Shown here: positions 50,201 to 62,200 of the stretch, one piece after another | How positions within the stretch are numbered: position 1 is the stretch's first letter | Layout: each line of letters opens with the position of its first letter | NCBI GenBank assembly: GCA_964035545.1 | Contig: OZ037766.1 | Location: 31,920,773 to 31,984,772 of the forward strand | Reading direction: 5' to 3' | Origin: Bugula neritina | Taxonomy: Eukaryota; Animalia; Bryozoa | DNA: 64,000 bases | Program-made: the position numbers and the translations under genes | The notes under the pieces: model-generated | What the model saw: the letters and a program-made list of their open reading frames with translations, nothing else | Database searches by the model: none | What the model was told of the DNA's origin: nothing

Positions 50201-53200
50201 CTTATTCATTTTGCTGCATTGTTGAAGCGACACAAGTTGAGTTGCGGGTGGGGGGGGATGAGAAGGATTATCATCTCATGTAACTGTGTTTCAGGGAATG
50301 TGGGCTACACATTCAACATTGATGCCAACCTCGGAATAGTAACTCTCGCGAGAAAGCTGGATCTCAAGGTCAGGTCGCAGTACGAGTTGACAGTAATGGC
50401 CAACGATATGGGTACACCCCAGCTCAGCTCCACGTGTCTCGTGAAGGTAAGATAACTTCCGCTTCTCACTACTGAGTACTACACGTTCATGAGATGATGA
50501 CTCCTAGTCTAACTGTCACGTTTCACGTCTGATAGGTGTTTGTCACTGTTGCTGATGAGCGGCCGCCTTCTTTTGTATCGACGTCGTTTACGGTTGAAAT
50601 ACGCGAAAATGAGCCAATAGGAACATTTGTTACAGCCTTGAGTGGAGAGAGCCAATCAGCTTTAACCTACGAAATAGTTAATCCAGGTTAGTTTTACTTT
50701 ATTCACTTATACATGTTAACATGTTTTATTAGTGAATAAATGATTGTCACCTTAGATAGAAGGTATATGTCTACCCCTAAAATAGCTATCCACCCCTAAA
50801 AGGGTCACAGGGGGGAATGTGGCAGCAATCTGCTGTACTAGGTTTAGTTTGATCCCGCACATTTCTAAGTTCAACATTGTACTTTGTTAAAACTTCTACT
50901 CTCAACTTCCTGTAAGGAAACACTGATGTAAACGCTGTGTGATTTCTTTTCTGGAATATTCTTTGCATGACTTGCAGATACATCAGGTTTGTTCTCAATC
51001 AACCCCAACTCGGGAATTTTGACGAGCAACGCCGTGTTTGACTTTGAGAAGAGATCAGTGTATAATGTGTCTATAAGAGCTACAGACATCATTGGACACC
51101 AGGTGAGTGTAGTGCACCGGTGTTATGTAATACAGGTATAGTATCAGTGTTATGTAATACAGGTATAATACTAGTGTTATGTAATACAGGTATAATACTA
51201 GTGTTATGTAATACAGGTATAGTACTAGGGTTATGTAATACAGGTATAATACTAGGGTTATGTAATACAGGTATAATATTAGTGTTATGTAATACAGGTA
51301 TAATACTAGTGTTATGTAATACAGGTATAATACTTGTGTTATGTAATACAGGTATAATACTTCTGTTATGTAATACAGGTATAATACTAGGGTTATGTAA
51401 TACAGGTGATGCTGTCAGTCGCTGTCCACATTATTGACCGGAATGACAACCGGCCATCCTTCACTCAGTCTGTCTACAGAGGATACGTCAGCGAAGGAGC
51501 GCAAGGGGGTGCTGTCGTACTCACCAATGACTCAGTACCCCTGATACTCTCAGCTGAGGACAGGGACTCTAACCTCAACGCCCTCCTTCTGTACTCCATT
51601 GTTGGAGCTGAGGCTAGCCGTTACTTCAGCGTAGACAGAAACACCGGAGCTGTACGAACTGTAGTCACTCCAGACAGGGAAATGAAGTCAGAGTTTGAGT
51701 TCTCTGTGCAAGTCAGAGATCAAGGTAGGGTGGGGCTCTTCTTCTGCCATAGTTAGAGTGCGTATTTATAATGTTCTTAGTCTATATTGTAATCTTATGT
51801 TTTATTCGTAAATGTTGTGTTCTTCTTTTGGACTGATGTATACTAACTCTTGTGTTACAGCCCCATTCCACGAGACAGGTAGTGTATAGTGCACACAACT
51901 CCATCTAGATGTAGTCCTACGTTCACGTCACATATTATTTCACTATTTCTATGCCTTGCAGTCTATTGCCTGCTCACCCTGTTTCCTATCATTGTTACAC
52001 CCCTGGACACATCCACCCCCTTTCCCCCTTCCTCTTGCCATCCACCTCTTGCACTATACATGTTACCTACTGACTGAATGTTGACATTGATACATCATTA
52101 GCCCCTAATCTCATTTTCCTCATTTGTCTATTCTACTCCTCCCACTTCCTGCCAATTGTTAAATCAAATGCCTTCTTATATCTGTCTTTCTCACACATAC
52201 CCGATATCATTCAACAAGAACTAAAACTAAACCAGCATGTGAAATCTGTTTGCATGCAATCTTGTGTGACGTAACGAACCCTGTACCCCGTACATTGCGT
52301 AACACCCATGCAGTTGTCTTCTCTTGCATGTTTTAGCCCTAGACTCTCAGTTCTTGAATGCCCCATGGCTTGGTGTACATTCAGGTAGAGTTGAGTTTGC
52401 TGTGCAGTACTAAACCCCACCTCTTGTTCTATGCTATGTGCCCCGTTTTCTCCTCTTTTATACTGTTTTATACGAGATCTAATCAAATGCAGTCTTACCA
52501 TTTTGCTATAAACTTTAACTGTTGTCAACAAATGAATTGTGTCTTTTTGTGGCGTTTGTTTAACCTTTGAACTCGTGCACAGTGTGAGTGTGTACAGTTG
52601 TGACTTCATCATTCATGTTGTTTCAAGTTGCGGATTCAGGATCACCGGAAATCGTATTTGATTCCCAGGTGGTTCCCAGGTCACCAAACCATTTTGGAAT
52701 TAATTTTATTATTTTTAATAATTTCTGTCATGTTCAATGCCGCTTGAAGCAGTGTGAGTGTGAAGAATTCGCTCTGACCTCACATCCTACTAATACTCCA
52801 TGTTGTGTGCCGGCAGCATTTCACAGGAAGTGTATTCTGCAGGTGAGGAGAGTTTATCTGCTGCCAATCCTGCCCAGGTCATCATTACAATCGGAGACAT
52901 TAACGACACCCCACCTGTCTTCTCCCAGACCAACTCACAGGTACCTATACCCTCAATAACTGACTCATCATCACTCGTACTGAAGCTGGTTTCTCTGCTC
53001 ACAACACGAATCTAAGTTCAACTCATATTGCAGCTGCTACACACTTTTTTTTTAATTTTGTACTTGAAATTATTTATAGAAGCCGAGTTCAATTTTGCGA
53101 GCTGTTTTTGCTTCTTGTTTCACACATAGTTAGAGTCAGAGTTTGCTGATTAGGCAGCGTATCTTCTGTTGGTGTGTTTGTAGACGACTCTACTGACCCC

Positions 53201-56200
53201 CACATATGAAGGTGTCATGGTGCATAGAGCCGCTGCTAAGGATGAGGATCTAAACACTGAGTTGACCTACGAGATTGTCAACGGCAATCTAAACAACAAG
53301 TTTGCAGTTGAGAGGCACACTGGTGTCGTTTATGTTAAAGACCCTTCAAACCTTCGCTCCAGCTACTCTTTGGTTGTGAAGGTAAAAATTGTGGTTGTCT
53401 CAACTGAAAGGCGTAGTTTCCTATAAGTTTAGTGTTGATTAGTAGAAAGTTTTTCCGGCAACAATTTAGGTTTTGTAAGTAATTTTTTATGTTAAATGGT
53501 TACTTTAAGTTCAGTTCATTGGGAAGCAGCACTTTCATTTTGCTTATAAACTTTTCTTTGCATAACTGTTAAGACTTTATGTACATTATACACATGATAC
53601 ACATGTTATACACATACACATGTTATACACATACATGTTATACACATACACATGTTACACACACTTCCTATATATACACTGTAGGTAAGTGACGGTGTGC
53701 ATGACGCTGTGTACAGTCTCATGATCAGTGTGATCGAGACCTCCAACTCTGGTCTCGCATTCACAGAGTCAACTTACACTGGAGAAGTCATTGAGAATAA
53801 AACTTCCACGCAGACTGTCCTCATCGTTGTGGTGCTGAACCGAGGTAAATTTCTCTGCGCAGATCTCATTGTAGTCTTTTTAAGTCTTATTAATAAAACA
53901 CTATAACTAAAACATATCTACATACATTTAATTTCTATCTTGTAAAAATATTACTTCCACTTTTGATTGACTGGATCATCTTTATTTGTTTAGAGCTTGG
54001 TGAGCCTGTGACCTTTGAACTCTTGAACTACCGTGACACCTTTAGAATCGGACACACTTCAGGTGTGATAGAGACGATACCGGGAGCAGTGATTGACAGG
54101 GAAACTAGGTCAAGGTGAGTGCAATGTCAAATGATATAGAGATTCTATAAACTTTACACGCTCCTTGTACAACTGTCCCTTTCACAATTGTCCTCTCTTT
54201 CTTGGCAATTTTATTTAAAAACAAAATTATTTTCTTCTACACATGCTAATAAAGATATGTATTTTGATATATTAAATCTGTTACGAAACTCTGTTTTCAT
54301 GTTGAACATGGCGGCATGTTTAAGACGCCCACAACAACTAGATGCTGTTGGTGAAGAATGTCAGGCTAATGTCAGATATTCTGCAGATTGATACATACTC
54401 AGATCTGATTACTATCTTGTAGTTACGAGGTGATAGTGAGGGTAGCATCGCTGGGCAAAGAGATTAGGTTAGCCCAAGTTCGTGTTGTTGTGTCTGTCAA
54501 GGACATCAATGATAACGCCCCTTATTTCAGCAAGGAACACTACCACGCCTCAACTACTGTGGATACGGCACGGCAAACCTCCGTGTTACAGGTCAGTGAG
54601 ATTCTGGTTTCCTTTTGTGGGTGGATTTTACTGTGAGCTGTGATTTTCTAGGTGTGGGTTTTGTGTTAATTCTTGAAAACTTCACTTTGATTCATATAAT
54701 TCGTCAGGTGAAGGCTAATGACGACGATGTGGGCATCAATAGCGAGATACGCTATGACATCTACAACAGTGCAACTAATGACTTCAGAATAAACAGAAAG
54801 ACTGGAGACATCACAGTGAAGAGATCTCTGGTAGACAAGGCAAATATGGAGTACATGCTGACTATAGTCGCAACTGATCAAGGTAATTTAAATACTTAGG
54901 AGTTGTTTACCCTGTGACGGAGTTGTAGCCTGCTTCTGCTCAACCCACCCATTGGTTGATTTTCAATTGAAACCATAAATATGTTTTTAAAAGATAAAAA
55001 ATATAGCCTGTACTTAACTGCCTAATTTAGACGTCGACTAATTTCCTTTCCAGATGATTAGTTTAGATTTTTCTATTGTATACCCAGCTCTCAAGCTATT
55101 GTATATCCAGCTCTCAAGCTATTGTATACCCAGCTCTGAAGCTATTGTATACCCAGCTCTCAAGCTATTGTATACCCAGCTCTCAAGCTATTGTATATTG
55201 AGCTCTCAAGCTATTTTGTTGTAGGAGAACCTAGTCTAAGCACGCAGACAAATCTCACCATTAAAGTGTTTGCGGAGTCGACACCGAATTTCACGCAAGT
55301 TGTTTATGAGTCATCAATACCTGAAAACATCCCCATCAGCTCTGCCGTTACTACTGTGAACGCAGAGAGTACACACGGGAACAAAATAATCTACACGATC
55401 TCCGAGGGGGATCCAGACAGCGAGTTCACAGTGCACTTCAGTACAGGTATATTTTCCATCCTCACTTTGCTGCTTTCTCTCTTACCTTCACATATTTGGA
55501 GACTTTGTACAGACAGTTGATGACTGTCTGCTAATAGAAAAGTCTCATAGACATATTCAGTCACTGACTGACTGACTCTCAGGCAGGCTGGCTGGCTGGC
55601 TGGCTGGCTAGCTGACTGAGTGAAGAGTAGAGTAAATAAGTGATGTCTGGCTTTTTGCTAGTACAACTTAAAGAAACCTAAATCACTATGATTCACTTAC
55701 TCACTATGGCTTACTGACTGACTCCAAGTTACTAACTCACTGTGATTCACTTACTCACTATGACTTGCTGACCGACTCTCATTCACCCACAGACTGCCCC
55801 TGACTCACTCCCTGACCCTAACGGACATGCTAAGTGACTGTAGCTATTCATTTTATGTAACTGATTAATTGTCTTGACAGGCTGCAGCTCACCACTCATC
55901 ATAACCTAAGCTCTTAGACTAAACATGCGGGCATGCAGATGCTGTCTCCAACCCAAATTAGCCTAAGAGTTTAGGCTAGCTATAAGTCACTGCTCTCACT
56001 AGTTTGCTGCTGCATCACTGATCACTATTAGTCACTGTATATTTACTAATATTTTCTAGCCATGGATTACAATGGGCCCTGTAAGTATGATATTGGTATT
56101 GTTGTCTAGTTTTTACTTGCCAAATGTTTCATTTATTTGAGCTGTTGAGTCCTCAAAGGTGGAGTGTACCGATGATCCTTACCATCTCAGATGTGTTCCC

Positions 56201-59200
56201 AGCTCCTTCCAGCTTTCACATTAACCAACCATTGGGACAAATTTTGATTGTATTGATTGTACCAATCTGGGATCATAAATGCTTTGTAAATGTTTTAAAA
56301 TGCTGATTGGTTGATGGTGATTGCTTCTAACATTATGTGTAAACAGCCGGTGTTGATAAATTTGAGGGGTTGAGGGCGCAGCTGAGGGGTTGTAGGCGGA
56401 GCTGAGGGGTTGAGGGCCGGACATGATTTCTGTTGATTTTGATCTTCTAATAATATTTATTGTGCAGTGTTGAGCTAATCATTTAGGCAGTGAGTGAAAC
56501 TTGCTAGCTAAGTCAATATTAGTTAGAATATTTCTTCTTGTTCATTGATTGAGCCTACCTCACTCTCTTCTCTTGTCTCTTCACACTACATTTTCTCTTT
56601 GTTGCAAGGAGCTACTTCCTGTCAGCCATGTTTTTCATGAAATTAGCTACTCTTGATTGATTATTAATTTGTAATTTCTCACGTCATTGTGATTCCTCAA
56701 TTCATTGTGATTCTAAAACAATGCTCAATTTCAGTTACAGTGTTGGCTATTATGTGCTTAATTTAATTTGCTTTTTCAGGAATTTCGTGATATTTATTTT
56801 TAATAGTAAATAATTCCATTCACCTATCCTAAACGCTCTAACACCAGAAAAGTGTCCCAGTCAAACCTTGTAAAACCAATCTGGATGTCATCGTAGTTCA
56901 TTTTAATCGCACTACTATTGACACGTTTGAATGTACTGGTTTAGTTACTGTCCTGTGGACCCCAAGTGGAACTTAACCCATCTGTAGACACACCCCTTTA
57001 GTTAGACAAGCATGTCACTTAGTACATAGAAGTCGTCTGCACTTTTCTCTCTCCCTGTTAAAGTAGAACGTCTTTTGAAGTATGACATCATTCTCTCTTC
57101 TAGGTACTATTAGCGTCAACGATGACCTGGACTTTGAGTTGAAGTCTCAGTATCGTCTAAAGATACGGGCAGTAGACGTAGTGACGGGGGACTGGGCTGA
57201 TGCTGTGGTTATTATCAACGTGCAGGTAGATATTGGGCTATGCCCTTCTTGCTGGTGCTTGGTCTCTCCAGCTGTTGGACAGACTCTATGCTGGTTTACA
57301 ATTAGGTTTTGTAATGCTGGGTGTTGCTAGATTCAATGTTTAGTGGATTTTATTTACATGATGGGGCGAGGCTAATTGGCCCTTTAATTGTGTAGTGATC
57401 ACCAGATAATATAAATGTTTGCAAAATTGAGAAATCTTAAAATCCTTAACAGAAAGTCAGAGATTAGATTAAGTCACCTTCACTCAGTGTGAGGGTTGAA
57501 AGGGGATACAGTAAGTTACGTTATATTATTGCCATTTCTAACAGGATGTTAACGACCAGAAGCCCTACTTTGGACTGCTGGACTACTACAAGACAGTGTC
57601 GGAGGCCATTACAGTTGGCAGCCATGTTATGACCATCAATGCATCCGACGCTGACCAGGGTATCAACAGTCTCATCCACTACACTCTGAAACCCATCCAC
57701 GCTGACTCACCACACCACCTCATGTTTGATATATCGGTGAGTGTAAGAGACCAGATTATCTTCAGTCTACTCTCAGTCTTTCACCCATAGCCTTCCAAAC
57801 TCTTGAGTCTATACTCTGTAACCACTATCTTACAGGATACTGGGGAAGGGCAGGCAGAGGTTCGCACCGTCTTACCTCTGGACCATGAGAGGTACCAGAG
57901 GCTAGATTTCATAGTCGTGGCCACTGATGGCGGAAACCCCCGACTCTCAGCCGAAGCATACGTTCACGTTCTACTCAATGGTTAGTCGGTTTATACAGCC
58001 AAAGCTGTTGTCAGTGAATGACAGCAATTACTACGTAGAGTTAGTAAAAGAGCAGTTGCAGTGTAATGAGTAAAGGTACACTGCACTGTCAGGATGTGCA
58101 TTGCATCATGAGTACACAACAGAGCACTAGCTACATGGTGTCATCTAAATACTTCCAGTGTCATGAGTGCAAGCTAACTCAACTTTACTTCTTATGTGAG
58201 TTTAGTTCACTATTCTCTCCTTCGTGGAGTGGGGATGCAACTCCCTTCTATAGCCTTGATGTCTCCGGTAACTCTTCAATCACAATTCATTATACCTGCA
58301 TGTAGATCTCAATGACAACCCTCCGGTGTTTGAGGAGTCTATTTACACCGTGGAGATTTCGGATGAGGTGGAGAAAGGGCAGTTTGTTGCTATGGTCGGG
58401 GCTTTGGACCCTGACGATATCAATGAGGGGGAGCTGATGTACAAGTAAGTAGATGTAACTTACACTTACCTATAGAGACATATCTGATGTACGTGTAAGT
58501 AGATGTAACTTGCACTTACCTATAGAGACATACCTGGTGTACAAGTAAGTAGATGTAACTTACACTTACCTATAGAGACATACCTGATGTACAAGTAAGT
58601 AGATGTAACTTACACTTACCTATAGAGACATACCTGATGTACAAGTAAGTAGATGTAACGTATCTCTACTTATATATAAATATATGAATTTAATACTCTA
58701 TTTGAATATGTTTAGTATTGTACACGGGAATGAAGGCCAGGCGTTCACCATTAACCAAAACACTGGTTCTGTCTACGTCTCACCCTTTCACCAAACTACC
58801 ATGTTTTCTGACGCGTATTCTCTCAACATCTCCGTGTCGGATGGCATCTACACCAGCTTCACCAGCCTGACTGTTGACGTGAGAGCAGCCAACAGGTGGG
58901 TAGTCTCTTATCTTCCCGTAGACAATGTTCACTGTGATATTTGTTGGCAATATTCACTGTGACAGACAATGCTAACTATGATATTTGTAGACACAGTCCC
59001 GAGTTTGACTCTATACTCTACACTTTTCAAGTGCTGGAGAATAGTGAAAAAGGTCGTGTGCTAGGTCAGGTCAAGGCCAACGACGAAGACAAAGGGCGGT
59101 ATGGAGAGATAACTTACTCTTTGGTTGGGGATTGGGTTCAGGATCACTTCAAGATTGATCAGGCTACAGGTGTGTTGATTAATGTAAATCAACCTTTGCC

Positions 59201-62200
59201 TCGCCACACTAGTATATCATAAGTTGACTGTGTTCCCATGTCACACTAGTATATCATAAGTTTACTGTTTCCTCGCCAAACTAGTATATTATAAGTTGAG
59301 TGTTTTCGTGCCACACTAGTATATCATAAGTTTACTGTTTCCAGGGGACATCAGTCTCAAGTTTATCCCCGACCGTGAGCAGAGAGATTTCTTCATGCTT
59401 CCTGTGATGGCGCAAGATGCAGGCGGAAAGACTGAGTTCACGTCTGTATACGTTGTGGTCGATGATGTTAACGACAACAGTCCACAGTTTGTAGCCTCAG
59501 GTATTTGCCAGTTGGTGTCTCCACTTGAATCTAATCTTTCACCTGTCAAGTTAAATATCTACTATTAGTTCCATCTCCAGGATCAGTTAATTGGTGAGAA
59601 TGAAGTACTAGCTGTAAGACCCAGTATCATTTGCCTTGTTACTTGGTCTATGAACTCGAGCTACTCTTATAGTATTTGTGATGATAATTTACCCTCCCCA
59701 TGTTCCTGTAGGATACTCTGCTACGGTGTTCAGTAACTCCTCCGTCCACACACCAGTGATTACGGTCTCGGCATTCGACTCGGACAAGCAGAACAACGCA
59801 AAGCTGCGTTACTTCCTGCTCTCGGACACCCCGGACATCACCGGTCTGTTTAGGATAGACCAAGACTCAGGCCAAATCAGTCTGGCACGGGAGCTCCTTG
59901 CCAACGGTGAGTTTGATTGGTTCAGCTGATAGAGAACTGTGCTACGTTCAGCAACTGTTGGTGTTTAGTCAGTGGATGGAGCCGAGTGTTCATAGAATGT
60001 TTCGTGTACTCTTTGTAGAAAGAGACAGTGTTATCGAGTTCTACATCCGGGTTACCGACTCCGGTGAACCAGCCCTCGAGGACTCGGCTTTGGTGACGGT
60101 GACCTTCACCTCTGAGGCATTTCCTGTTTTTCGAACGGGCAGCTCTCAGATGTTCCTGGAAGAATCTGAGCCAATCGGTACCGAGGTCACTCAGGTAAGT
60201 GAAGTGTTGCTTTGCCACGCCCAGGCGTCTCGCTAACCACCACATCCTCTGTACAGGCATGTCTCAATCTAACTTGCTTATAATATATTAGGTGCGGGCT
60301 GACTATGCTGGAGATCACAGGCTATCGTATAGAATAAGATCCGGCTCTAGTGTGAGGACCAACAAACCCCCATCATTCGCTGTCGACTCTGAGGGTCGTA
60401 TCACTACCATCAGGTCTTTAGACAGAGAGGTACGTCTGCTTGCTGCTAGTTACTTCCCATTCGATTAATCCCTGTGATTGTATTACTGTATAGTATATTA
60501 CTGTATAGTATATTACTGTATAGTATGTTACTGTATAGTATGTTACTGTATAGTATATTACTGTATAGTATATTACTGTATAGTATGTTACTGTATAGTA
60601 TGTTACTGTATAGTATATTACTGTATAGTATATTACTGTATAGTATATTACTCTGTAGTATATTACTGTGTAGTATATTACTCTGTAGTATATTACTGTA
60701 TAGTATATTACTGTATAGTATATTACTGTATAGTATATTACTCTGTAGTATATTACTGTGTAGTATATTACTCTGTAGTATATTACTGTATAGTATATTA
60801 CTGTATAGTATATTACTGTATAGTATATTACTGTATAGTATATTACTGTGTAGTATATTACTCTGTAGTATATTACTGTATAGTATATTACTATATAGTA
60901 TATTACTGTATAGTATATTACTCTGTAGTATATTACTGTATAGTATATTACTGTATAGTATATTACTGTAGTATATTACTGTATAGTATATTACTGTCTA
61001 CCACCACAGAGCCAGGCTGTGTACGAGATTGTAGTGGAAGTGTTCACTCACTCGGAACCCGAGCTAGTCGCCAGCACTCTAGTCCGTGTCTCTCCGATAG
61101 ACTCCAACGACAATCCTCCTGAGTTCACGTCTGGCGAATACGCAGTCGGCATAGCTGAGAGTATCCCAGTGGGAGCCAGTATCTTGCAGGTAAGACTAGA
61201 CTATGCTCTGATGCAGGTAAAGTGTTGTGGTGTGTTCTAAGACTAAGTACTAACGTGTGGTTTACTCGGGTTAAATCTGTAAAGCGTTTGTGTCTGGTTG
61301 TAGTGGGGATACAACTGTATTTGACGCACTGTGACTTGCACTTGTGTATAATAATAGCACCAGCTCGCTCACTCAACTCAGAAACTGCCATTTTGTCATG
61401 AGTCATGGGTGTGTGGTTTCCCATGAGGTCTCTTGGAGTTTCTGGGTTGTGTGAGTTTGCAGCTAGTGATGTCATAACTGCTCGTCTCCCAACTAATATG
61501 TTTTGTCTTACTTTAACGCTAGGCTCACGTTGTACATGGACGGGTAAGTTGTAACCTACACTGTCACACACACACACACTGTCACACACACACACGCGCA
61601 AGCTATATAACCTTTGAAGAGAGTGCTGCTGCATTAGTCACATTTAATTTTCTTTCATCGTGTCTTGTACGTTTATGCAATCGTATATATGTTTCATTTG
61701 AATCGCTCAGTTGCCAAGAGAGTTGGAAAATGTTACCAATCGAATCATTCTGTAATAACTACCATCTAGTCATGCAGTATATCCTGTTAGTAGTTTGCCA
61801 TCCATCCTCCAGTACATATACATGTCACGTGTAGCTAAGGTAGCCCTAGTCACCAATGTGAGAAATAGTCTAAATCTAGCGACTCAACTTGCGTATTTAT
61901 AAGTTCAGCTATTACCAACTAATGTATTGTGTATGTAGCACCTGGTGTTTTACTGTTGTCAGTGCGCAGTCTACATTGTACAGTCTACATTGTACAGTCT
62001 ACATTGTACACACGTGTGGCCTCTGCTCTTGTTCTCCTTGCCCTCTATGAATGTACATCATGTTGTCAGTGTGTTCCTGACCGATAGTTTCATCTGCAGC
62101 TCATCTCTGCAGTTTACATCTGCAGTCATAAACCATATGTCTAACCTCAGTTTAATTTATCCATAACTCTCAGTTCAACTGTGTTACAAAAACACAGCTG

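Noticed and set aside
52628-52668. Cadherin-like segment QVADSGSP as an alternative exon
   Set aside because: The available donors give phases incompatible with the next exon (41 nt); joining further downstream would delete the DINDTPP linker.
56360-56420. G-rich repeat with G-quadruplex potential downstream of the 56060 microexon
   Set aside because: Long loops, only three short units, nothing else supporting a function.
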